Made by a program: the position numbers and the translations under genes
Shown: positions 13,572 through 24,401 of the stretch, in pieces
How the letters are laid out: every line of letters starts with the position of its first letter
How positions within the stretch are numbered: position 1 is the stretch's first letter
Source of the DNA: Ancylonema sp.
Taxonomy: Eukaryota
Direction: 5' to 3'
Assembly (NCBI GenBank): GCA_050230475.1
Contig: JBFLGF010000094.1
Location: 1-64,000, forward strand
DNA length: 64,000 bases
The notes under the pieces: model-generated
Told to the model about the DNA's origin: nothing
The model's database searches: none
What the model saw: only the letters and a program-made list of their open reading frames with translations

Positions 13572-13994
13572 TGCGTCAAATCTTCCACACAAACAATCCC
13601 AATATTTATAGTACCACTATACGAGCACTTTCGAGCCCTTTGTGTGGTAAACTTGGAAGCAAAACATACGTTCGACAACAAACCCATGACAAAAATATCG
13701 TACTTCAAACGGAGAATCGATAGGGAATTTCCAATTCGGTTGCAGTCCGGATTGGAAGCGCCAAAAATTATATGAAATTCGATGGGGGGGGGGGACCTAT
13801 ACACCTATGATGGCGAAATATCCCCAACAACGTGAGTAGTTAGTTTTTTGTTATTTTTTCCCTTGTTGGGCCCGATTCGATTGGAACTTTTCCGATCCGA
13901 AGCCAATCCGGATTGGGTTTCGGAATGGATCGGGCTCAACAATGTCGTAGTCGACAGGCATGAACCGGGAGAGGACTTGGAGGATGACGAAGGG

Positions 13995-16900
13995 TGTTAG
14001 GACCCTCGCTACAGTCACTAGGGCTCCCTAGCGAGGTCTCCACACTTAGCGCTAGAGCGCTACTAGCTCAGTTTTCCCTATAGCGAGTTGTGTCCCTATA
14101 TAGTGGGAGTTGTGTCCCTCGCGGCCGCCTGGCCCCTAGGGAGTATTCTGAGGTGTGCTTAGCTCAGGCACTTGTGCCGATAGCCAGACTTGATGTGTCC
14201 ATACCGTATTCAGTTATCCCACTTGTAGTCTTGATTCAGACTTGAGCCAGTTTCCTATATATAGTCCATAGGAATGCCTTTAGAGCATTCCTATCAACTC
14301 ATGTACTTCACTCAGATTTATATACCACCATTTTTCACATCGGCTCACGCCATCTTGTCCTATTCGGCATTTCGCCATCTTTTTGCTTGTGTGCATATTG
14401 CGACTAGCTTGCTAGGGACGTCTTTTGCAGCCGTCCCTAACACTTTGATAGGAACTTTTTTTGAAGTTTTTTTTAGAATATTCTGATTCTGAACTTCATT
14501 CATCCGCCGCCTTCTTTTTCATCTTATCATCTTCCACCATGTCTTCTCTCAATTTACAAGAATTCATCGGAAGTCTTACGCCAGATGCAACACTCTCAAG
14601 ATGAAAAATTCAGAATTTTGGCGGATGAAAACAGGGAGATTAAAGGCAATTTTAGAGAACTTTCGGAACAGTTTGCTTATGAAACTAATTTCATGGCTAC
14701 TACACGTGCTCCAGCCGTCTCAGACTACCAGCCTATCCCTACACTAATAGACCTGGTCCCATCCGATCCTCCTACATTTAATGGGACTTCTAAGGATGTA
14801 GCCACATTCTGCCACCGCATCCGTACCATGCTAAGGCTGGCTCCTACGCAGTTCCACAACCCTGTCCAGACGGTCCACTACGTCGCTACCCTCGCTACCC
14901 TCCCAACTGGTCCTGCCTACGACTGGTTTGCTACCTACCTCGACGACAATGGAGACCTCCCGGCTGGTTTCAGTGCGGTTCAGTTGCTGTAAGACCTCCA
15001 GGACTGCTTCGGGGAGGGTGACACACGCCTCACCAAGGAACGACATTTGCGCGAACTCAGACAACCAGGTTTAGTGTCAGACTTCACGGTTTAGTTCAGG
15101 GCTATTGTTAAAACCTTTCCCCCCTGGCGTGACCACCCTAGCATCTATACCTTCTTCGAGAAGCTCAAGCCTGAACTCCGCCGCGAAATCCTCAAAGTCC
15201 AACACCCTCCAGAGACTTTCTCAGCGTACGTGACCTTTGTCAAGAAAGTGGAGAACAGTATGGCTGCCAGCAGTTTGGACAGACCCTCCAAACCTGCGTA
15301 CATCCCCCCCCAAGCCAGAGCTGCAGATCAGTTCCCCCAGCAGCTGCCCCCTCACCTGCAGATCGTCCCCATGGACATAGATGGCACACGTCGCCAGATC
15401 CTGAAGGTAGAACCTGCTGAGATGGCCCGCCGTGTGGCTGGCAACCTGTGCCACTACTGTGGCTTGCCCAGGCCATGACAACAAGACTTGCCTCACAAGG
15501 GGAAGGGACGCCACCGTGCGCTTCCTCGATCTGCAGCCCCAGAGTCAAAAAACGACTACCCCACACAGTCCTAAGAGGGGTCTGTGCGGGTCCCCTTTCC
15601 CTACCCCTTCCCCCCCCTTTCCCCACCCCCCCTGGTGGCCTGCCAGCTACTCCGTTATCACCTCCCTCCCATACCTGTCCGCGTGCTGATCGACTCTGGG
15701 GCGTCAGGAAACTTTATCGACCCCCAGATCTTGGACAACCTACCCACCCACCCATCCCCAACCTATCCCGGTCGAGCTGATAGATGGCAGCCCCTCAGCT
15801 ACTGGCCCCATTACTTGCTACTTGTCGGCTCAGCTCCGATCTCCACGCGACCACACGGAGACCATCACCTTGGACGTTACCCGACTGGCGCACTGCCCAG
15901 TTGTCCTCGGTTTCCCTTGGCTGCACAACAAGCACCACAACCCAACCATAGACGACTGGCAGTCAGGCACCCTGTCCCTCACCAACCCACACTGCACTGC
16001 TCAGTGCTTGATGTCCAGCTCCTCTGCTCTTCCCCTACCCCCCCAACCTCCCCCCTCCCTCACCTCAAGCCCAGCCAAAACCTGCAGTTTTAAACGCTGT
16101 CCAACCTTCCCCAGACCCCACCCTGCTAGCCCGGCTGCCTCCCGAATACCATGACTTTGCAGACGTGTTCTCCGAAAAAGTTGCAAACATCCTCCCCCCC
16201 CACAGGTCCTACGACTTATAGATCCCCCTCCTGCCAGGCGCAAAACCCCCCTGGGGGCCAATCTATTCCTTGTCAGAACCAAAGCTGGCGACTCTCAAGA
16301 CGTACATCATAGACAACTTGCAGAATGGCTTCATCCGGCCGTCCTCCAGCCAGGGTGGAGCACCTGTCATGTTCATCAAAAAACCTGATGGCAAACTACG
16401 ATTGTGTGTCGACTACCGCAAGCTCATGCAGTCACTATCAAAAACCGTGTGCCCTCTACCCCTCATACCTGAGCTGCTGGACCGCCTCAACTCAGCCACG
16501 ATCTTCACGAAGATCGATCTCCGCAACGCTTATCACCAGCTGCGCGTTAAGGAGGGGGATGAGTATAAGACTGCTTTCCGTTGCCGCTACGGACACTATG
16601 AGTACCAAGTCTGCCCTTTCGGGCCTACCAACGCTTCAGCAGCATTTCAGTCCTTCATAAATGACGTTTTTCGTGAACCTCTAGACGTCTACCTGGAAAA
16701 CCTCCTCGACGACATGATCATCTACCCCCCTTCCCCGGCCAAACATGTCCCCCACGTCCGTGCTATCCTGGCAATCCTACGCGAGAACCATCTCTACGCT
16801 AAGATCGAGAAGTGTCAGTTTCATACTGACACTATTGCCTTCTTCGGCTACCAGGTATCCCCAACCGGCGTGGGTATGGACCCCTAGAAAGTGGCATCTC

Positions 16901-19588
16901 TCCTTGACTGGCCAAAGCCCCAGTCAGTCAAGGAGGTCCAGTCCCTTCCTCGGGTTCGCTAATTTCTACAAGCGTTTCGTTAAAAAGGCTATTCTACGGT
17001 GGCGTGCCCCCTTACCTCATTGACACGAAAGGGGGCGACCTTTGGCTGGACAACTGAGGCGCTGACGCAGCTTTCCACTCCCTAAAGCTGGCCTTCACTT
17101 CCGCTCCGGTCCTGCAACACTTTCAACCCCTGCAACCACTCACCCTCGAAGCCGACGCCTCCCGACTTCGGCCTCGGCTGCGTTTTGTCGCAGCCAGATC
17201 CGAGCGGCGAGCTCCACCCCGTAGCATACTATTCCCGCAAGTTCATTTGCGGCGGCGAACTCAACTATCCTATCTACGACAAAGAGCTGCTCTCGCCATA
17301 GTGGCTGCCTTTCGACAGTGGCGGGTCTATCTAGAAGGCGCAGCGCATCCTATCATGGTCTACACCGACCATAAAAACCTGGAGTATTTCCAGGCAGCAA
17401 GAACTACTTCCCGCAGGCACGCGAGGTGGGCCGAGACGCTGGCACAGCCTACGACTTCACTATCGTCTACAAGAAGGGGTCTAGCAATGGCAAGCCAGAC
17501 GCCCTATCCCGCAAGACCTGACTATCTGCTTCCAGCTACATCCCCCCACCCAATTCTCCCCCCACCAGCTCTTCTCCCAGTTCCCCCGGTGCGTGCAGCA
17601 GCTATCCTCCTAGCACCTAACGACCCTATCATCCTGGACATACGAGCTTCTCAGCTAGCCGACCCTACCCTCCACGCTATAGCTAATCCCTGCAACCCGA
17701 CCCGCTCGGATCCAACCCGAGTCGCACTGCGCGAGTCCCAACCCCTACACCACGAGACGGCCTGCTCTACCCGCGGCCGCCTCGCTATTCCCCCTACGGC
17801 AGCTACCCTTATCCTCTCTATCCTAACTCAGTACCACGACGCACCTATGGCAGGCCACTTCGGCACTGCCCGCACGCACGCGCTGGTGTTGTGTGGCGCA
17901 GTACTTCCACTGGCCTGGCCTCTCGAAGGCAGTGGAGGAGTACGTGCGCACGTGCGACATCTGCGCCCGGAACAAGCCGGTGCGCCATGAGCTCTATGGA
18001 TTACTGTCTCCTCTCCCGATCCCTACCCAGCCATGGACCAGCGTCTCCCTAGACTGGATTATGGACCTTCCCCCTAGCGACTACCACGACGCAATTCTCG
18101 TGGTCGTCGAGCAGGCCCACTTCATACCTACCAACTTCACATGGCGGCTCCTGGGTCGCAGCGCTGTTCGTGCACCAAGTCGTGCGCCTGCATGGGGTGC
18201 CCAGCAGCCTCATCAACGACCGCGATCCCATCTTCACCAGCCACTTTTGGCGCCGGCTGTTGGAGCTACTTGGGGTACGGGCCAACCGATCCTGTGCTTT
18301 TCACCCGCAGACGGACGGGCAGACGGAGCGCCTGAATTCGGTTCTCGAACAATATCTGCGGATCTACACCGATTACCAGCAATCTGATTGGTCCCAACTT
18401 CTGCCGCTGGCGGAGTTTGCTTACAACAACTTCCAAGCACTCCGCCCACCACCCTCTCCCCGTTCTTTGCCAACTACGGCTTCCACCCGCAGATGTCGCT
18501 GCTCCCCACCCTCCCCAAATTCCCCCAAACCCCCGCAGTCGACGACTACGTCAAAACGATCCACGACACCAGATTTCCTCCAGTCAGCGCTTCGCAAATC
18601 CCAGCGGGCGATGGAAATTTATGAAATTTGCCAATCGGAAGCGCAGATCTGCTCCGATATTTTCGCCGGGTTCAAAAAGTCTGGCTGTCCCGGCGCCACG
18701 TCGGATTCCACTCGTCCTTCCTCAAAACTCGATGTCCGTCGTCTGGGTCCTTTTCCGGTTTTGGGCCAGATCGGCACCTCGTCGTATCGCTTGGAGCTGC
18801 CGGCCTGTCCTCTGTGAAAATCCATCCCGTCTTCCACGTCAGCCTCCTCGAGCCACACAATGCCAATACGTTCTCAGGCCGTGTCGTGGCGCCTCCTCCT
18901 CCGGTCGTGGTGGATGGCGAGCCTGAGCATGAGGTGACCACGGTCCTCGATTCCAAGATCGTGCGTGGCAAGATCTTTTACTACGTGGATTGGGTCGGGT
19001 TCGATGAATCTGAGCGCTCTTGGGAACCTGCCGACAACATGGGCAATGGTGCTGACGCGGTCGCGGATTTCCATGCCACATTTCCCGATCAGCCTTCACC
19101 GCCTCCCTCTTCGCGTTCCGCGCCTTGAGAGGGGGGTACTGTTAGGACCCTCGGTACAGTCACTAGGGCTTCCTAGCGAGGTCTCCACACTTAGCGCTAG
19201 AGCGCTACTAGCTCAGTTTTCCCTATAGCGAGTTCTGTCCCTATATAGTGGGAGTTGTGTCCCTAGCGGCCGCCTGGCCCCTAGGGAGTATTCTGAGGTG
19301 TCCTTAGCTCAGGAAGTTGTGGTTAGCCAGACTTAATGTGTCCATACCGTATTCAGAGTGAGTTATCCCACTTTTAGTCTTGATTCAGACTTGAGCTAGT
19401 TTACTATATATGGTCCATAGGAATGCCCTTAGAGCATTCCTATCAACTCATGTACTTGCACTCCGATTTATACCACCACCATTTCACTCGGCTCACGCCA
19501 TCTTGCCCTATCCGGCATTTCGCCATCTTTTGCTTATGTGCACATTGCGACTAGCTTGCAGGGACGTCTTTTGCATCCGTCCCTAACA
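13995..19588 (+). mobile_element. Full-length Ty3/Gypsy chromovirus LTR retrotransposon, copy 2 (frameshifted)
   Basis: LTRs at 13995-14442 and 19140-19588 (TG..CA), with the 5-bp TSD AAGGG on both sides and [16 protein letters not shown] at 19127-19139. Encodes gag with CCHC knuckle, protease (VLIDSGASGNFI), RT (16270-16887), RNase H, integrase (FHPQTDGQTERLN) and chromodomain (YYVDWVGFDESERSWEP). Confidence 0.97.
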
Positions 19589-20900
19589 AAGGGAGATGAG
19601 GGATTTGTAAGTTGTTGGGTGATTGTACGAGTAATGATAGGCCTGCAAGCGCAATAAACTTGACTACGTTGCAAAAACTCCGGCGTCCATTTAGACAAGT
19701 TAATCCTAGTAGCGCTTAGTTACTTTTAAACTTTAATACTGCTTTTGAAATGAAGCACACATCTTCGAGTGGAGAATGCATAAGAAGGCATACCGTGTTC
19801 GACGTTAATTATACAACTCGCAATAGGTGAGTCCGCGTGTCTTTATACATCATACTCTAGCTAATTAGGTACGGCACACAACGCCTATCGAATCACAAAC
19901 GCAAATTGTTGGCTTGTTTTGGTTGTTCTTTGTTCGATACATTTTTTTTTTAAAAGGGAAAGCGTGCTCGTAGCTTCGGAGTAGGTTGTTAGGTTGGGAC
20001 TTGTACGTACGTTCATTCATGCAACGGAATGAATGTTTTTCCCTTGCTTAAAATTGTGGTCGCATCAGCTCGCAAATCCTAGAATAAGTGGTTGCACAAA
20101 TGAAGTGTTAAAAAATAAATTACCCTTGAGATCATGCCAACTACACTCTTGTAGAGTTGGCAATACCTTTTGCTCCCAAGTGTGTCAATACAAAGGCAAA
20201 CATGTAGTTGTGTGTTTGACAAAATTTGACACTTTTACACGGAGCCATGGCGGAGAGGCAAACCCTCGACGGATAGCGCATCATTTTATTCCGAAAATAA
20301 AACCTCATGAATCGAGTTTACTTATAGTATGTCTCTGGAGGGTTTATTAGTTTGAAATACATTGGCTTGTTGTTGCCCGGAATCCCGATCACAGTCAATT
20401 TTGTTTCGCTTTTCATTTGTTACTTACGCAACAATCGTACTGGCCACACATAACGATCCTCAGATATTTATGAGAAGGGTGGGTCGGGTCAAATTAAATA
20501 ATTCATTTTTTTCAAAAAATAGGCCATTTTATAACCATATAAGAAATTTTTGGAGGAGTTTGGGAAATTTTATTTTGGGTGCGCGGGTTGCTTCAAATGG
20601 TTCAAATGGTGATTCATTAGCTAAATTAAATTGTTTTTAAAAACTGGGGTCATTATGTGTGGCCACTATGGTATACACAAGTTCAATCTCGACCCGAGGA
20701 TGAAATCGAACAGAATTTCGATCGGTGGAAGGCCAAGCATGACTCTAGACCACCATTGCCGCAACCAGTGTTGGGCCCGATCCGATCCGGATCGTTGCCG
20801 GATCGGAGGTTACCCGGTCGGGCCGGGCCCAACTAGGAAAACGAAAGAACGAACTAACACTATTGTTTTTGGCTTTTACGCCGTAGATGGGTCCTCTCCG

Positions 20901-21838
20901 CATACTTGCACGAACCGGCTGTATTTTTTTTTGGAACCGGTTCCGAGATGGAACCGTTTTGGAACCGGACGAACCGGGAGATTTTTAGGGTTTTTACTCC
21001 TTACCGCGGCATAACATTTTTTCCCTCCCAAAGAACGTACGCGGGGGAAATAAATCGTTGTAAATGTTCATGTTGATGACTCTACGTCATTTTGAGACGC
21101 TAAAATTGTGAAAAAAAATGGCGCGGCCATTGTTAGTTTCAATTTGCTTTATTTCGCGCCATGCCAGGACGTGGTGCATTTTCGTTGGCAGAAAACAGCA
21201 CGCGACCTTCCACTATGAAAAACTTTGGAGAAGGAAGGGATGTGAAATGTAGGAGAATTTCACAGGTAGGAGAATTGAGTAGGAATAGAGTGGATATACA
21301 TGGATTGCCGCGGCTTTGAGTAGACGATTGAAAAGAAAAAAAGCATGGAAAGTTAAATAAAATGTCGGGTGGCAATACAAAACGGGTGACAACATTATGT
21401 CGCAACATTTTCACATGGAATTAAAACACGGAATGGGAATGAAGAAAGATATATGGAATGGAGTTTATGGATGGTTGAAAAAAGATTGAAACTGAAAGTG
21501 GAACTTGTTATATAACTACGTTTACATAAATAGCAAGAAAGTGTGCACAGAATTGAGAAAAACAGAGAAATGCACCAAAAGCAGGTAGATACACTCATGA
21601 GAAAAATCGTTTTGAGTTTTTTTACAATGTATATCATTTTTGTTTTTGGATAGACCATGAAGTGGGACACAAAAAAACTATTTGTCGATTTTTCCCGAGC
21701 TATATAGCCCCTCAAACTCAAAATGCCGTTTAAGTGGGAAAAACCTAATTCCCGCGGTTCCGAACCGCGGCCACTTTTGTCGGAACCGGTTCCATCTAAG
21801 ATCCGGTTCGGAAATGGTTCGGAGTTCGTGCAACTATG
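20901..21838. mobile_element. Non-autonomous DNA transposon (hAT-like termini)
   Basis: TIR CATACTTGCACGAAC / GTTCGTGCAACTATG with mirrored subterminal GGAACCGG repeats. No TSD recognisable. Confidence 0.6.
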
Positions 21839-22908
21839 ATTTACAGGTCCCGCATTCGTCTTGGATACTAGTCGTCACGGATACGTCCGGGGAATACCCG
21901 GAAGGTCCGGGGCCTACAAGAACCTTCCGGGAAAAAAAATATGCTTTTTTTGATTTGTTTTCTTTTGTTTTTTATTTGGGGATTCAAAATTTTTTGTTTT
22001 TTTTTCATTTTTCCTTTGGGAGGGGCGTCTGTATCCGGGACGTGTCCGGAACACTTTCGGGCCCGAACGTGTCAAGAACATGGGAAAAACAAATGTGGCG
22101 TTGATTGCATGCATGCCATTTTTATTATTATTTTAACATGCTTGGGTCCCGGACGCGAAAATCCCGGACGCGTCCGGGACTCGTCCGACCCCGGACGCGA
22201 CACGCGTCCGGAGATCCCCGGACCATACGGGACTCAAAAAAAAAGAAAAAAAAAAAGAACACACACACACATAATTGTGGGGATCTAATGACATGTTTTC
22301 AATCACAAATATGCAATCAATGATGTTTCAACAATGGAGGAACACATGAGAAAGGTGATTTGTATTCACATGTGGACTTCAAAACGAATCATGCACACAG
22401 ATGTGTGCATGTGTCTCTCTTCACGTGACATCGGTATATACCCATCTTTTACGTTGAATCTATGTTTTTATATAACAACTTCCAACTCTGAACAGGTTGA
22501 ACCTTTTGGGACATATCCCGTACGCGATATACCGTATGCGATGCATACACATTTGATAAAGACGCATAAATTGTATGCAAAATAATCACCAATAGGTTTC
22601 ACAATGATTTCGACATGATCCTTGTGCGTGCGACAAATCTCATCTTTCGGAAACCAATGTACACGAGTATACACTTCTCGCCTTCAAAGGCCTTCGAGCT
22701 CTTCAACATTAAAAACATTAAAAGGCCATGTTCACTTGACAATCACAATTGACATGAATAGGCATTGCGCAAGGTGCAATGGTCATATACAAGTCGCAAC
22801 TTGCCCGTTACAACATTTCACTGAACACACATGTGTTGAAGCTGTAATAAAGTCTTATTCTTAGTATAAATATAAGTGATATTATGACTGTAATATTGTA
22901 ATATTGTA

Positions 22909-23757
22909 CATTGCTCCCTCGATACAACGACCCTCTTTATAACGAAAACATCGATATAACGACAATTTTTTGAAACCTTTTTAAAATCAATATGAAATCG
23001 CCCTCGATATAAGCATAACGACACTCTATACAATGACAAATTATGACAAATTATGACAAATCATGACAAATCATTTCAGAAATTTGTTACTGAATGTCTT
23101 TATAGTGTGTAGCTATTGCTCGCAGATAACGATGTATGGAAATCGAGAAAAATCAAGATCCTCATGAACGACACCTCAAATTCTCTACAACGTGTTCGAG
23201 TTGTTCCATATGTTATATCAAGAGAACGCCGCCTCTGTCCTCCTCGGGTGGTCTAGAACTAAGCTCCTACATGTGTAGCAGTGGTTCCTCCCGGGTTGCG
23301 AAGCACTCACAAGTTACACTCATTCAATGTTAACATTACGAGCTGTTAAAAAACGTCCATGTTGTTCATTGCTCCAATCGTCCACTACTTTTACTCCATG
23401 TCCAATAGAATGTGCGTGTCCGGTGTTGCTTTGTAACAATCTTAATACCTCCCCATCTCTCCTCGTAAAGTTTTGTGGTATATTTTTACCATCCGCATGT
23501 ATTGGTATCATGACGCACTTGTACAACTCGTATATCAACACACACGCTGAATTGGATAATAATGCCAACAACTTACTCTAGGAAACACATAGTAAACACA
23601 TTTGCTTGATCACTTTGCTTCATTCGCAAAGTCCCTCGATACAAGGACAGAGATTTCAGATTCTAGTAGTAAATGTCGTTATACAGTGTATAACGATACC
23701 TCGATATAACGACACTTTATTGGAAAAAAAAATTGTCGTTATATCGAGAAAGCACTG
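22909..23757. mobile_element. Decayed pogo/Tigger-like DNA transposon derivative
   Basis: TA-flanked TIRs CATTGCTCCCTCGATACAACGAC / GTCGTTATATCGAGAAAGCACTG, with subterminal TCGATATAACGAC repeats. Confidence 0.75.
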
Positions 23758-24258
23758 TAGTCATTATTATCATTTCCACCTTTATTGATATGTAATTTAG
23801 TGTGGCATTATTCCCTTCAATTTACGATAATTCCTATTTAGTATACTACTCCTACTTGTCTAAGTTTCAATATTGACCAACCTAAGACATTCAATTTGGA
23901 AGGACGCATCCTGGACGCGTACAGAGGACCCCGGACGGTCCGGGACCCATCTATGGATTTTGTTTACAATCATGTTCCACAGATTGTGAACAATAGGTAG
24001 TAAGTGCCTCAAAGTGACTGAAGCATTTGGGAGTGGTGTTGTGGTTGAATATCACAAAATCAAATAATCAATAATCGAGCTATACACATACACACGCACA
24101 CATCATCCCTGATCAAACCTATAGACAAATGCTCTTTGCCAAGATTCAAATACAACTAAGTTCCAGCCACCAAGCAACCTCCGGTTGTTTCCGAAAGTAG
24201 ACTCAGGTGAAAACAACATCAACCAAATGCGAGTCCCCGCCATCCCCCACATCGTGTT

Positions 24259-24327
24259 GGTGTCTTTCTCGGGACGTGCAAATCCTCAAAAGAGGTTTGG
24301 ACACACATCCGTCATGACGTCTTCACC
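24259..24327 (-). promoter_or_regulatory. SECIS element (form II) in the GPx 3' UTR
   Basis: Minus strand reads AUGA-C-GGAUGUGU-GUCC-AAA-CCUC-UUUU-GAGG-AUUU-GCACGUCC-CGAG. It shows the AUGA/GA core (24315-24312 and 24271-24268), an 8-bp helix II, an unpaired AAA 13 nt after AUGA, and an apical 4-bp mini-stem. It lies ~90 nt past the stop codon. Confidence 0.88.
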
Positions 24328-24401
24328 TCACCCTCTTCAGTGCAAACCCAAGATCCCTCGGGGGAGAGACATTTAGTCATACTTATGTTTACTTAGAGGA
24401 G

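Noticed and set aside
20882..23955. Outer hAT element with C(G/A)TAGATGGGTCC termini
   Set aside because: There is no 8-bp TSD, and the left match overlaps an alternative inverted-repeat interpretation.
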